Notes under the pieces: model-generated
Seen by the model: the letters and a program-made list of their open reading frames with translations, nothing else
Told to the model about the DNA's origin: nothing
Database searches by the model: none
In this document: positions 49,652 through 58,309 of the stretch, piece after piece
Numbering within the stretch: the stretch's first letter is position 1
Layout of the letters: each line of letters starts with the position of its first letter
Translations under genes and position numbers: made by a program
NCBI RefSeq assembly: GCF_003019035.1
Contig: NZ_CP027447.1
Length of the DNA: 64,000 bases
Direction: 5' to 3' (one strand)
Source: Escherichia coli
GTDB lineage: Bacteria > Pseudomonadota > Gammaproteobacteria > Enterobacterales > Enterobacteriaceae

Positions 49652-49903
49652 TTATTCTCCTGAAAAAGCAGAAAAGCCAGCTTTTATTCCGATCTCTTTC
49701 AATGCCTGTAATGAAGTGACAAACTCACCTTCGCGCAAGATAAATCCGTCCGTGACCCGAGCATCCACAAAATTAATTAACGCAGCCCCATTCTTTCGCA
49801 AACACATAATGCGGTAATGACTAACAAGATTTCCATTTTCAACGCACACAGCATAGAGGCCATCTTCACAAAAAATTTTACGCAGTTCTTCGATGTTCAT
49901 CAT
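49652..49903 (-). CDS. rem: Rem-like prophage protein (83 aa)
   Basis: 83 aa ORF located between ydfU and hokD, the position and length I recall for K-12 rem; assignment by position and length only. Confidence 0.45.
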   Translation of the reverse strand: MMNIEELRKIFCEDGLYAVCVENGNLVSHYRIMCLRKNGAALINFVDARVTDGFILREGEFVTSLQALKEIGIKAGFSAFSGE

Positions 49904-50019
49904 CAGAATCCTTCCGGATAATTAGCTCTCCCCTTTAAGGGACCATCCCTCTTATCCCTGCGCGCTACTTAAGTATTTTTGATTCTATTCCGGCACCGTC
50001 CAGAACTTCAAACGCGTTG

Positions 50020-50050
50020 AAAATAAAAACAAAAACCCGCCGAAGCGGGT
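50020..50050 (-). terminator. Rho-independent terminator after the relB-relE-hokD operon
   Basis: Minus strand acccgcttcggcgggt hairpin followed by tttttgtttttatttt. Confidence 0.5.
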
Positions 50051-50119
50051 TAAGTGCGGGTGCGTTGAGGATGCCTGCCACATCAGAGGTGGCGAGGGAT
50101 TTCTCCCCCGCCGGGTCTC

Positions 50120-50275
50120 TTACTCCTCAGGTTCGTAAGCTGTGAAGACAGCGACCTCCGTCTGGCCGGTTCGGATTCGTACCTCGCAGAGGTCTTTCCT
50201 CGTTACCAGTGCCGTCACTATGACGGTTAAACAGATGACGATCAGGGCGATTAACATCGCCTTTTGCTGCTTCAT
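50120..50275 (-). CDS. hokD: Hok-family type I toxin HokD (RelF)
   Basis: Hand-translated 51 aa: MKQQKAMLIALIVICLTVIVTALVTRKDLCEVRIRTGQTEVAVFTAYEPEE; absent from the ORF track because it is shorter than 60 aa. Confidence 0.85.
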   Translation of the reverse strand: MKQQKAMLIALIVICLTVIVTALVTRKDLCEVRIRTGQTEVAVFTAYEPEE

Positions 50276-50346
50276 AGCCTGCTTCTCCTGTCAACGCAAA
50301 GCAGAAGTGTCACCTTCGGTGCGAAACAGAGATGTCATGCTTTGGT

Positions 50347-50634
50347 TCAGAGAATGCGTTTGACCGCCTCGCTATATACTTCCGAGCGTTCTCTTTTCCC
50401 AACAGAAATCACGAAAACGACAACTTTCTCGTCTATAACCTGGTATACAAGGCGATAGCCTGAAGACCGGAGCTTAATCTTGTAACAATCAGGCATACCA
50501 CGGAGCTTGTTTGCTTCAATCCGGGGTGACTCAAGTACTTCAACCAGCTTCTTTTTCAACTGTTCACGTACCGTCGAGCCCAGCTTTCGCCATTCCTTTA
50601 GTGCCCGCTCGTCAAAATCCAGAAAATACGCCAT
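50347..50634 (-). CDS. relE: Type II toxin RelE (mRNA interferase)
   Basis: 95 aa; matches recalled RelE. Confidence 0.9.
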   Translation of the reverse strand: MAYFLDFDERALKEWRKLGSTVREQLKKKLVEVLESPRIEANKLRGMPDCYKIKLRSSGYRLVYQVIDEKVVVFVISVGKRERSEVYSEAVKRIL

Positions 50635-50873
50635 CAGAGTTCATCCAGCGTCACACGTACTGGCTTAGGATTACGAAGCCGTTCTTTCACTATCTCCACA
50701 AGTTCAGCATCTTCATCACTCAGGAGTGTCTGTTTGAACGGCAAGCGTTCATTGTCAGCGATATACTCGAGCATGAGACGAAGCGCTTCAGAAGGAGTTA
50801 CACCCATTTTTTCAAGCGCGGCGTAAGAACGCGCTTTAAGTTCATCGTCAATACGCAGGTTAATGCTACCCAT
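50634..50873 (-). CDS. relB: Type II antitoxin RelB
   Basis: 79 aa; matches recalled RelB; stop overlaps the relE start. Confidence 0.9.
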   Translation of the reverse strand: MGSINLRIDDELKARSYAALEKMGVTPSEALRLMLEYIADNERLPFKQTLLSDEDAELVEIVKERLRNPKPVRVTLDEL

Positions 50874-50879
50874 GTCTTA

Positions 50880-50915
50880 CACCTCTTGTAATTACAAATG
50901 TCATTACAAGTATCG
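50880..50915 (-). promoter_or_regulatory. relBE promoter/operator (relO-like inverted repeats)
   Basis: cttgtaattacaaatgtcattacaag immediately upstream of relB contains the palindromic TTGTAAT/ATTACAA half-sites. Confidence 0.55.
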
Positions 50916-51203
50916 CACTACAACATGCTTAGGGCAAGTCACGAAGGAAGTCAGAAAGTAGTCGTAAGAACGGTGATCACTGTCCGCTTTGTGCCAGGAG
51001 CAGCCATTGCTAAGTCCATCCTGTATTGTGCAGGTCAGCTCGTTTTTAAAGAGTCCGGCCATCATCTTACTGGTACAGACACCATATACTTTGTGACGGT
51101 CAGGCTACATATGCACAACTCAACTTATTCATCTATTTTTTGCTTTAGCATGTCAGTGTTGCTTTCTCGTCGGCGGGTGAGCGGTGACCTGACCTGTCGA
51201 TAA
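50898..51203 (+). CDS. ydfV: Hypothetical protein (ydfV-like position)
   Basis: 101 aa ORF divergent from relB; assignment by position and length only; start overlaps the relO region, so the real start may be internal. Confidence 0.35.
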   Translation: MSLQVSHYNMLRASHEGSQKVVVRTVITVRFVPGAAIAKSILYCAGQLVFKESGHHLTGTDTIYFVTVRLHMHNSTYSSIFCFSMSVLLSRRRVSGDLTCR

Positions 51204-51405
51204 AGGAACGTAACACGTTTTATGCAACACCCGCATGCGGCAGAAAATTATTGCCGAACGTTTACCCCTGTCAACAAGCTTTACTTTCTGAGGCGCGCCA
51301 GCCCGCGAGGAAAACAATCTGAACATCAAACAATTAATGACACAAGAAATACGATTAAAGATTTTTTTGTGCATGCCGATAGTGCTTTTTTAAAAGGAGA
51401 AATCT

Positions 51406-51738
51406 ATGTCTGTCACAATTCAGGGAAATACCTCAACCGTTATTTCAAACAACTCCGCCCCGGAAGGAACATCAGAAATAGCCAAAATCACAAGACAAAT
51501 TCAGGTGCTGACTGAAAAGCTTGGGAAAATCTCATCGGAAGAGGGGATGACGACACAGCAGAAAAAAGAAATGGCTGCATTGGTACAGAAGCAAATTGAA
51601 AGCCTCTGGGCTCAACTGGAGCAGTTGTTAAGGCAGCAGGCAGAGAAAAAGAATGAAGACGCGACAGTTCAGCCTGATAAAAAAGAAGAGAAAAAAGACG
51701 ATACAAATACCGCTGGCACCATTGATATTTACGTCTAA
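51406..51738 (+). CDS. flxA: FlxA (FliA-regulated prophage protein)
   Basis: 110 aa; MSVTIQGNTSTVISNNSAPEGTSEIAKITRQIQVLTEKLGK... matches recalled FlxA. Confidence 0.85.
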   Translation: MSVTIQGNTSTVISNNSAPEGTSEIAKITRQIQVLTEKLGKISSEEGMTTQQKKEMAALVQKQIESLWAQLEQLLRQQAEKKNEDATVQPDKKEEKKDDTNTAGTIDIYV

Positions 51739-51752
51739 GTGACAGCCGTATT

Positions 51753-51776
51753 GTGGCCCTCATCGGGCCACTTTTC
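51753..51776 (+). terminator. Rho-independent terminator after flxA
   Basis: gtggccc tcatc gggccac hairpin followed by ttttcg. Confidence 0.5.
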
Positions 51777-51825
51777 GCCATCAGCCTTTTCTTTAAAGAC
51801 ATATTATCTTTGTATCATTTCTGAT

Positions 51826-53674
51826 AGTTAACATTACAAGATATAAGTAATGGACGCACTCCCAATTAGTCTATTTAAATCGCCACGAGTTTAACTGACA
51901 ACCCATGATCAATTATGAATTGCAACTATTTCTGTAGTCACTTTTGTGGGGACAGTCCACAAAACTGCCAACTTCCGCTTCTTGCTCTTAGCGGACATTA
52001 GCATAGGCTATTTACCATAACGCCTCATTACGCGCACCGCCCAGACTGACTCAGCGCGTTTCTGGCATATCCCCGGTAAAACAAGTAACAAACCACCCGA
52101 AAATGAACACCAGAAACGCGACTTAAGAATCTACCCTATGAATGGATATGCACTCAACCGAATCGATCTTGGTTTCAATCTTTTTTATCGGGATCAGGCT
52201 TCTTTTTAGGTAACTTCGGGGGCTTAACTTGCTGATGACTTTGCGTTCGGCGCGTAAGCCAGGGATGGTCAGCTTTAGGTTTAACATAGTATTTTGAGCG
52301 TAAATCAATACGGGCATTATCCACTCGTTCATGGACACTCTTTTCATCATCCAGTGGTATAGGCTCCGGGCCATCAACATACTTTTCCCAGCCCAGCGCT
52401 TTCCCGTCATACAGAACGTTAATTTCACCGTCAAAGTTCTCGCATACAGTAACAACCGAATGCCTAAGTCGATATCCCCGGCCCTCACTGCGTACCTGAA
52501 ACGCACTGCTTTTGTACTGGAAAGTGAGATTTTTAGACAGAACGCGCTTCGCCTGTAGGCTGAAGATATAACCCAGTTCCTCTTCAGAATGGTGCACATC
52601 AAGATGAGCATTATCAGTAGTACGAGGCGACGTAGCGAACCGGTTGTTATAGGCTTCAATAAAGGTCGGCAACCATGCATTTGCTGTTTCAATATCACTG
52701 ATATTCTGAAGCCGCATTTCTTTGACCAGCCTGTCCTGTAGTGTCTGATTGGCGCGCTCTACCCGCCCTTTTGCCTGCGGGCTGTTGGCATGGATTGGCT
52801 CGATGCCCAGTGTCTTTATCGCACGAGTGAACTGGGTCAGCTCACCTTCCCGCTCTGGGTTATTTACCCTGAATATACTGTGTCTATCAGAGTAGAGAGC
52901 GAGCGGTACGCCATGATCATTAAGGTAACCCCGGAGGGTTTCCATGTAAGCCCGGGTTGTTTCAGCAGGCACAAAACGCAACGCCATCAACGCACTGGTG
53001 GCATCATCAATGAAAACGATCAGTGTACATCTGGGGCCTCGATTTTCAAACCAGTCATGAGGTGAGCCATCAATCTGGATCAGTTCACCGTAAGATGGTC
53101 GTCGCATGCGGCGTTGATATATACGGGCAATTTTACGACGGCGTTCACGCCATAACCCCTCTTCTATCATCCACTTTCTGAGAGTTTCAACGGATAAAGA
53201 TAAACCGTGTATCTCGCGCAATTTTTCGCACGCAAACGTAGGTCCAAAATCAGCGTAACGGCCTTTGAGGAGTGAAATTACTGTTGCTCTGAATTCAGTA
53301 GAAAAGGAATTATTAGGACGCTTTCCACGTCGGTGGGAAACCAGACCAGAAGGCCCTTCATTTCTATACCGTTGCACCAGACGTTTAACCTGCCGAATAG
53401 AAATGCCAATGCGTGCCGCAGCTTGTTCCTGAATAATCTGAAGTCGGTGGAGTTCCTTATGACTCATCGTAACAGTCTCTTTGATCATGAAAAATCCCCC
53501 AGAGAATTGTCTGGGGACATTTTAGAATGGTTCAAAGGGGACATTACAGCTTGGTGTTAACAATAGCCTGCTTCTCCGTGCCTTTCGGCACGTAAGAGGC
53601 TAACCTACATGTGTCTAGCATGAAATTGGCCTCAGATTAATGTTAAGCGTCTTGCAGGACGCGTAATGTTAACT
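51826..53674. mobile_element. Insertion sequence (family uncertain, IS481/ISNCY-like); boundaries tentative
   Basis: Single 437 aa DDE transposase ORF flanked by a 12-bp perfect inverted repeat agttaacattac (51826-51837) / gtaatgttaact (53663-53674); no clear target-site duplication seen. Confidence 0.35.
52175..53488 (-). CDS. DDE transposase with N-terminal HTH and rve-type integrase core
   Basis: 437 aa; HTH near N-terminus (IGISIRQVKRLVQRY); catalytic-triad candidates in IQIDGS, YSDRHSIF and KGRVERANQTL. Confidence 0.8.
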   Translation of the reverse strand: MIKETVTMSHKELHRLQIIQEQAAARIGISIRQVKRLVQRYRNEGPSGLVSHRRGKRPNNSFSTEFRATVISLLKGRYADFGPTFACEKLREIHGLSLSVETLRKWMIEEGLWRERRRKIARIYQRRMRRPSYGELIQIDGSPHDWFENRGPRCTLIVFIDDATSALMALRFVPAETTRAYMETLRGYLNDHGVPLALYSDRHSIFRVNNPEREGELTQFTRAIKTLGIEPIHANSPQAKGRVERANQTLQDRLVKEMRLQNISDIETANAWLPTFIEAYNNRFATSPRTTDNAHLDVHHSEEELGYIFSLQAKRVLSKNLTFQYKSSAFQVRSEGRGYRLRHSVVTVCENFDGEINVLYDGKALGWEKYVDGPEPIPLDDEKSVHERVDNARIDLRSKYYVKPKADHPWLTRRTQSHQQVKPPKLPKKKPDPDKKD

Positions 53675-53822
53675 GGGGCTTTTCTCTATCTGCCGTTGGT
53701 GTCCATGCCCGAGGCAGATAGCCTCAAGCACCCGCAGTCATTCTACTTAACTAAGATTTCCCCGCAAACCGTTTTTGTCCAGCACAGTAAATATCCAACT
53801 AAACCAATGGAGTTCGCTGTAT

Positions 53823-54041
53823 TTACCGCCAGTATTCAATGCACATGACCGCCATGAACACCCCTAAAAAAAGGGCATTTATATATCCAAATATTAATAT
53901 CAAAACATCAACTTTTTCCATATACCTTGCTGTGAAGATGATGGGCATACATGATGCGAACAACCAGAACGCAACAAACAAAAACTGCAATGCGTTTTTC
54001 ATTATTCCTCCTACAATCAATGTGCAATTACATTTAAACAC
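53823..54041 (-). CDS. Hypothetical small membrane protein (two predicted TM helices)
   Basis: 72 aa ORF (likely start MKNALQFLFVAFWLFASCMPIIF...); AT-rich codon usage unlike the flanking phage genes. Confidence 0.4.
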   Translation of the reverse strand: MFKCNCTLIVGGIMKNALQFLFVAFWLFASCMPIIFTARYMEKVDVLILIFGYINALFLGVFMAVMCIEYWR

Positions 54042-54433
54042 ACCTCAATTTGGCCGGACATATAAATATCTAAACCAGAAAAAATCACTTACATAGCGTT
54101 ACAAACTCTTTAGTCTAAAGGTTCATCGTAAAACATTCCCCATACTTATCAGTCCGTTCCGCGCCAGGTAGCTCATTGCCTTATCTGGCAACCTGTAATC
54201 AGGTTTCCGCTTTTTCAGTTGGCTGGTCGTTTAACCGACATAGTTAATCCATTAATCTAGTTGCCGGATGTTGGTGGATTTTCGCGTTTTAGTTGTTCAT
54301 AAAAGTGCACAGCTTTAACCAGTTCTTCTGATGTAACTGGGACTGGTGAGGCAGTGAATAAGGCCTGAATTTGATAGTTCGGCCTGTCGTTACAATCCTC
54401 TTTTTTCGGTACATATTTCCAGTCACCAGACCA

Positions 54434-54892
54434 CTACTTCCCCTGAAAGTCCGTAACGCCTTTTTTCACGTAGCGATATCGCCATGCCACTGGTTTTGCT
54501 TGCCCCGCCGTTTCATGCCCTTCCTGATAATTAATCTCGCTCATTCATCGCCCCACTCATCACAATATGCTTCGACCGGAGTTTTTCCCGCTTCATAGTC
54601 ATCACGCTAGGATTCGACATCAGCAGCACTTCCACCGCGTAACTCACCATAGTCCATTAATAGTTCATCCCGCTCTTCAAAACTGATGTTATATTTAGCT
54701 GAACAAAAATCAGCCACTTTGTTCTTCCTCATCGTCTTTTATTTCGTGGTATGAGTAATTGCAGTAGTTAAAGAAAATTTCTTATGCTCCGTCATGAATT
54801 TCCTCAGGTGTTGCGTCATCGTCCACTTCGAATACATCCTCAAAATCTCCACCAGCTATTCCCGTTTCAATAATAATTTTGAACTTTCGCAT
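54434..54892 (-). other. Cluster of tiny overlapping ORFs (23-41 aa) in shifting frames; probably decayed gene(s)
   Basis: Hand translation gives 36, 41, 23 and 36 aa ORFs at 54782-54892, 54607-54732, 54531-54602 and 54434-54544; an alternative frame across the second gap reads protein-like DDYEAGKTPVEAYCDEWGDE; SD sequences are weak. Confidence 0.3.
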
Positions 54893-55154
54893 TTCACTAC
54901 CGCCCTTTCGGGCGGCCTCCTGATGTTCTGAGGGTGCAGAAATCCATCCGGTTAAGGATTAAATTTTATTTACAGAACTGAATTTAATTATTCAGATATA
55001 CGTATCTGTAGCCTTACGAATCTACTCACTGGATGCCTCTTTCATAAAAATAATCCAGTGGGTTTTATCGTTTTTTCCCTGTTCGTTGACAGATAACAGG
55101 TTTTCTGTCTGTCAGTGCCAGAATCTGGCTTACCGGTATTTGCGTTTCATTCCA

Positions 55155-55511
55155 TTAAAAAATCAGAACGCCGTGCGGCCTCAACACCCGAAAGGCTTCT
55201 TTAAATCTCTGTCGCGAATCATCACGCCAGGCATCTTTATTCAGCCGTCCATATTTCTTTCCCATCCAGGCGTTATCACCAACACTCTCAAGATGCGGAG
55301 GGTCTAATACAACCATCGAAAAAGATGCGTCTGCAAATGATAATGCACGAAAATCTGCGATAATGTCAGGGCTGATAATCAAGCGTCTCCCATTGCGTAA
55401 TGTGTATCCTTCTTTTCTGATATCGCTGAATATCGCCCGTTCGTCAGACTTATCGAACCAGAACATGCGGCTGCCACAGCACATATCAAGAATGGTTGCC
55501 GGTGCACTCAC
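55155..55511 (-). CDS. SAM-dependent methyltransferase-like protein (motif I and DPPH motif IV), possibly truncated
   Basis: 118 aa; ILDMCCGSR resembles SAM-binding motif I and VVLDPPH resembles the D/N-PP-Y/F/H motif IV of amino-methyltransferases; too short for a complete DNA MTase. Confidence 0.45.
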   Translation of the reverse strand: MSAPATILDMCCGSRMFWFDKSDERAIFSDIRKEGYTLRNGRRLIISPDIIADFRALSFADASFSMVVLDPPHLESVGDNAWMGKKYGRLNKDAWRDDSRQRFKEAFRVLRPHGVLIF

Positions 55512-55930
55512 TGCGCCACGTCCTGAAAATTACCCTGATAGAAAGCCAGTATGCGCTGCATAACTTCGCTCTTCCGGCACTCGCGACAGATTATGTTTAG
55601 GCGACTGTCGTAGCGACGTATTTCTCCGTCAGGTGATGACCAGATAAGGTCCGGATCAACCACAGCAGGTTTCTTCACCTTTGCCCTCGAGAGTTTTTTG
55701 CGGGCGTTTTGCCAGTCCTTACGCGCCTGTTCAGAGGGGAATAACCCGTAGCCGGAGTTGTATACATCGCCACTGGCTACCAGCTCTCTGGCAAGAACGC
55801 TCATCAGATATCTAGTCGCACCTGTTTTAGCTTCCAGTTGCCGTAACGTCTCACGGCCGCTCTGGCGCACGAGTTCCACCACCTGCCATTTAATTTTTTC
55901 CCGCTCTTCTTGTGTAAAAACTTTTGCCAC
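55508..55930 (-). CDS. Hypothetical protein (early-region, possible DNA-binding)
   Basis: 140 aa; basic; CRECR near C-terminus; stop overlaps the start of the methyltransferase-like ORF. Confidence 0.5.
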   Translation of the reverse strand: MAKVFTQEEREKIKWQVVELVRQSGRETLRQLEAKTGATRYLMSVLARELVASGDVYNSGYGLFPSEQARKDWQNARKKLSRAKVKKPAVVDPDLIWSSPDGEIRRYDSRLNIICRECRKSEVMQRILAFYQGNFQDVAQ

Positions 55931-55970
55931 AAGTCCCCCTTAAAATTACCTCATGACCTGAAATCAACAC

Positions 55971-56990
55971 TTATCCTCTGAAACCAGGCGGAATTTCTGT
56001 ATCCGGTTCAGAAATATGATTAACACAACGCTGTACAGGTGAACGTCCCAGGCGGATGACCAGTTCGTCCCATTTTTCGCGGAGCTTTGACGGGCTCATG
56101 ATGTTTTTTACCCAGAATGGATCTCGCTGAACCCGACCAAACATTTCGCAAATTTGTCTGTGGCTTCTGCCATCCAGCATCCGCATTGTGCGCACGTCAT
56201 TGGCCCAGGCAGTCCAGTTAGGCTCTTTTGGTCGCATGATCTCGCCATCATCACTGGCTGCCTGTTCGTAGAGACCCACGATCCGCCCCCAGATCCACTG
56301 CGCACACGCCAAATCCTCCCTGCTACCCCACTGGCGTTTTTTCGCACTAAACACAACCGCGTCGGAGTTCCGGGTTAAAAAATCCTGTTCAGTCGTCTGC
56401 GGGTCCGGTTGCGAAGCTTCCGGACGAAAAGTGTTTTTATTCTCTGTAGTAATCTCTGTTGTATTCTCTGTAAGATCATCAGGCCATTTTGACCCGATGA
56501 CATTGGGTCGTTTTGAACCAATGGAGCGTTTCATTTTGACCTCTTCCATCGTGTCATTTTGACCTGATGGAGCGGCGCATTTTGAACCGATGGATTCGCT
56601 CAATTTGCCACCATCTAAAAGCTCGCTCCCATAGTTGATCGTGTAGAAATTGGTCATATCGCGCTTTGATTTATTGAGCTTTTCACAACGCAAAAGCCCC
56701 AGCGTTTTCAGACTTGCAAACGCGCGCTTTAACGTTGACTCTGACCAGAATGGGAACTGTTCCAGCCATTGTTCCGTTGTGTTATAAATCCAGCGAACAC
56801 CATCACATTCCATGCCGGAGTTGGTATCTCTCAACCAGTAGTGCAGTTGTTGCAAAACAATGGCTTCGTTTAAGCCAATTTTCATTGCCAGCTGCGTGTT
56901 TATAACCAGTGGGCGTTCAGCAAAAAGAAGGCTCATAATTCCATCCAGCTTTTTGTTGGTATTGCTGTCGATACGCAAGTTTGAAAGCAA
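55971..56990 (-). CDS. Putative replication initiation protein (replisome-organiser-like)
   Basis: 339 aa ORF in the position of lambda O, downstream of the cro-like dicC; N-terminal winged-helix-like segment; start may be the internal MSLLFAERPLV. Confidence 0.45.
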   Translation of the reverse strand: MLSNLRIDSNTNKKLDGIMSLLFAERPLVINTQLAMKIGLNEAIVLQQLHYWLRDTNSGMECDGVRWIYNTTEQWLEQFPFWSESTLKRAFASLKTLGLLRCEKLNKSKRDMTNFYTINYGSELLDGGKLSESIGSKCAAPSGQNDTMEEVKMKRSIGSKRPNVIGSKWPDDLTENTTEITTENKNTFRPEASQPDPQTTEQDFLTRNSDAVVFSAKKRQWGSREDLACAQWIWGRIVGLYEQAASDDGEIMRPKEPNWTAWANDVRTMRMLDGRSHRQICEMFGRVQRDPFWVKNIMSPSKLREKWDELVIRLGRSPVQRCVNHISEPDTEIPPGFRG

Positions 56991-57438
56991 TTGCTTTTTC
57001 TATAAGTTCGTCAGTTTCACGATCCACTACGGCAGGATCAGCAAAAAGCAGTCCGGACTCCACCACATCGCCATATTCTTTGTTTAACCCGGCGATCATG
57101 CACGTGATGCTTTTTCCGTCAGTAATTTCACGATACAACCTGAAATCATTAATCCGGATAGCCTCCATAATTGCAGGCACTAGCGCCGTGAACTTTTCAC
57201 GCTTATCCCTGGTGTCGATAGCCTTCCAGCGTTCAAATATCTTCACTCGATTAACGCCAAGCGCTCGCTGATCAATCGCGCCACCTTCATATGTGACACG
57301 CTGAACATCGATGTTCGGGCGCTCTTTCAAAGCCCAGAATGCTTCAGTGATTAATATCGTCGCCTGCTCCTGTGTCATTCCTGGTCGACATATCCAGGCA
57401 TCCAGAGCCTCACGAGCCTGTTCAGGAGTGATTTTCAT
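56917..57438 (-). CDS. Hypothetical protein directly downstream of dicC
   Basis: 173 aa ORF overlapping the dicC stop and the next ORF; no motif recognised. Confidence 0.45.
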   Translation of the reverse strand: MKITPEQAREALDAWICRPGMTQEQATILITEAFWALKERPNIDVQRVTYEGGAIDQRALGVNRVKIFERWKAIDTRDKREKFTALVPAIMEAIRINDFRLYREITDGKSITCMIAGLNKEYGDVVESGLLFADPAVVDRETDELIEKAIAFKLAYRQQYQQKAGWNYEPSFC

Positions 57439-57652
57439 TGTTCAACCGCCCCGCCCGCTTCGTCTTACGATATTCATCATAAACTTTGGGATCATACTGA
57501 AGCTCCCCGCCAGATGCCTCCTGTAGACGCATCGCGCGACCTTCGGGAACTAAATCCCCTTTCCAGCTATAAAGCGAAGCCAAACGAATACCTGCTGCTT
57601 GTGCAAGTTTTGTTTTTGAACCGAAATACAAAAGAGCGTCAGTTTTAAGCAT
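57422..57652 (-). CDS. dicC: Cro-like regulator DicC
   Basis: 76 aa; matches recalled DicC. Confidence 0.85.
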   Translation of the reverse strand: MLKTDALLYFGSKTKLAQAAGIRLASLYSWKGDLVPEGRAMRLQEASGGELQYDPKVYDEYRKTKRAGRLNNENHS

Positions 57653-57735
57653 TTAAAACACCTTTATTGTTAGTCATAACTAACAAGATAGATGTTAACA
57701 AAAACATAGTCAATACGATTTAGCATTAGCTAACT
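57653..57735. promoter_or_regulatory. Divergent dicA/dicC promoter-operator region
   Basis: Palindromes tgttagtcataactaaca and ttagcattagctaa in the 83-bp intergenic region. Confidence 0.5.
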
Positions 57736-58143
57736 ATGGAAACAAAAAATTTAACTATCGGCGAACGCATCAGGTATCGTCGGAAAAACCTCAAACACAC
57801 CCAAAGGTCTCTTGCTAAAGCCCTGAAAATCTCCCATGTGTCTGTATCACAATGGGAACGGGGTGATAGTGAACCTACAGGGAAGAACCTTTTTGCCCTC
57901 AGCAAAGTATTGCAATGCTCACCAACATGGATTCTATTTGGCGATGAAGACAAGCAACCAACACCACCTGTTGAGAAGCCAGTTGCCTTATCCCCCAAAG
58001 AACTAGAGCTCCTTGAGCTGTTTAATGCACTGCCAGAATCAGAACAGGATACCCAGCTCGCCGAAATGCGAGCTCGAGTAAAAAACTTCAATAAACTCTT
58101 TGAAGAATTACTAAAAGCCCGTCAGCGGACAAATAAAAGATAA
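57736..58143 (+). CDS. dicA: HTH-XRE repressor DicA
   Basis: 135 aa; matches recalled DicA. Confidence 0.9.
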   Translation: METKNLTIGERIRYRRKNLKHTQRSLAKALKISHVSVSQWERGDSEPTGKNLFALSKVLQCSPTWILFGDEDKQPTPPVEKPVALSPKELELLELFNALPESEQDTQLAEMRARVKNFNKLFEELLKARQRTNKR

Positions 58144-58309
58144 CATCATCAATGAGTTATCTTTTACCACATCAATTATGTTAGCTATAGCATACAAAAT
58201 CACTTGACCGATATGTTAGTCATGGCTAATCTTGTTTGCATCAACACACCGCACGGTGTTCTCAGCAAACAGTTCCGCTACCCCAGCGTTAAGGGGAAAT
58301 GAGGTCAGC

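Noticed and set aside
52123-52698. 191 aa ORF overlapping the 3' part of the transposase gene
   Set aside because: Alternative frame within the transposase coding region; the transposase frame carries the conserved DDE motifs.
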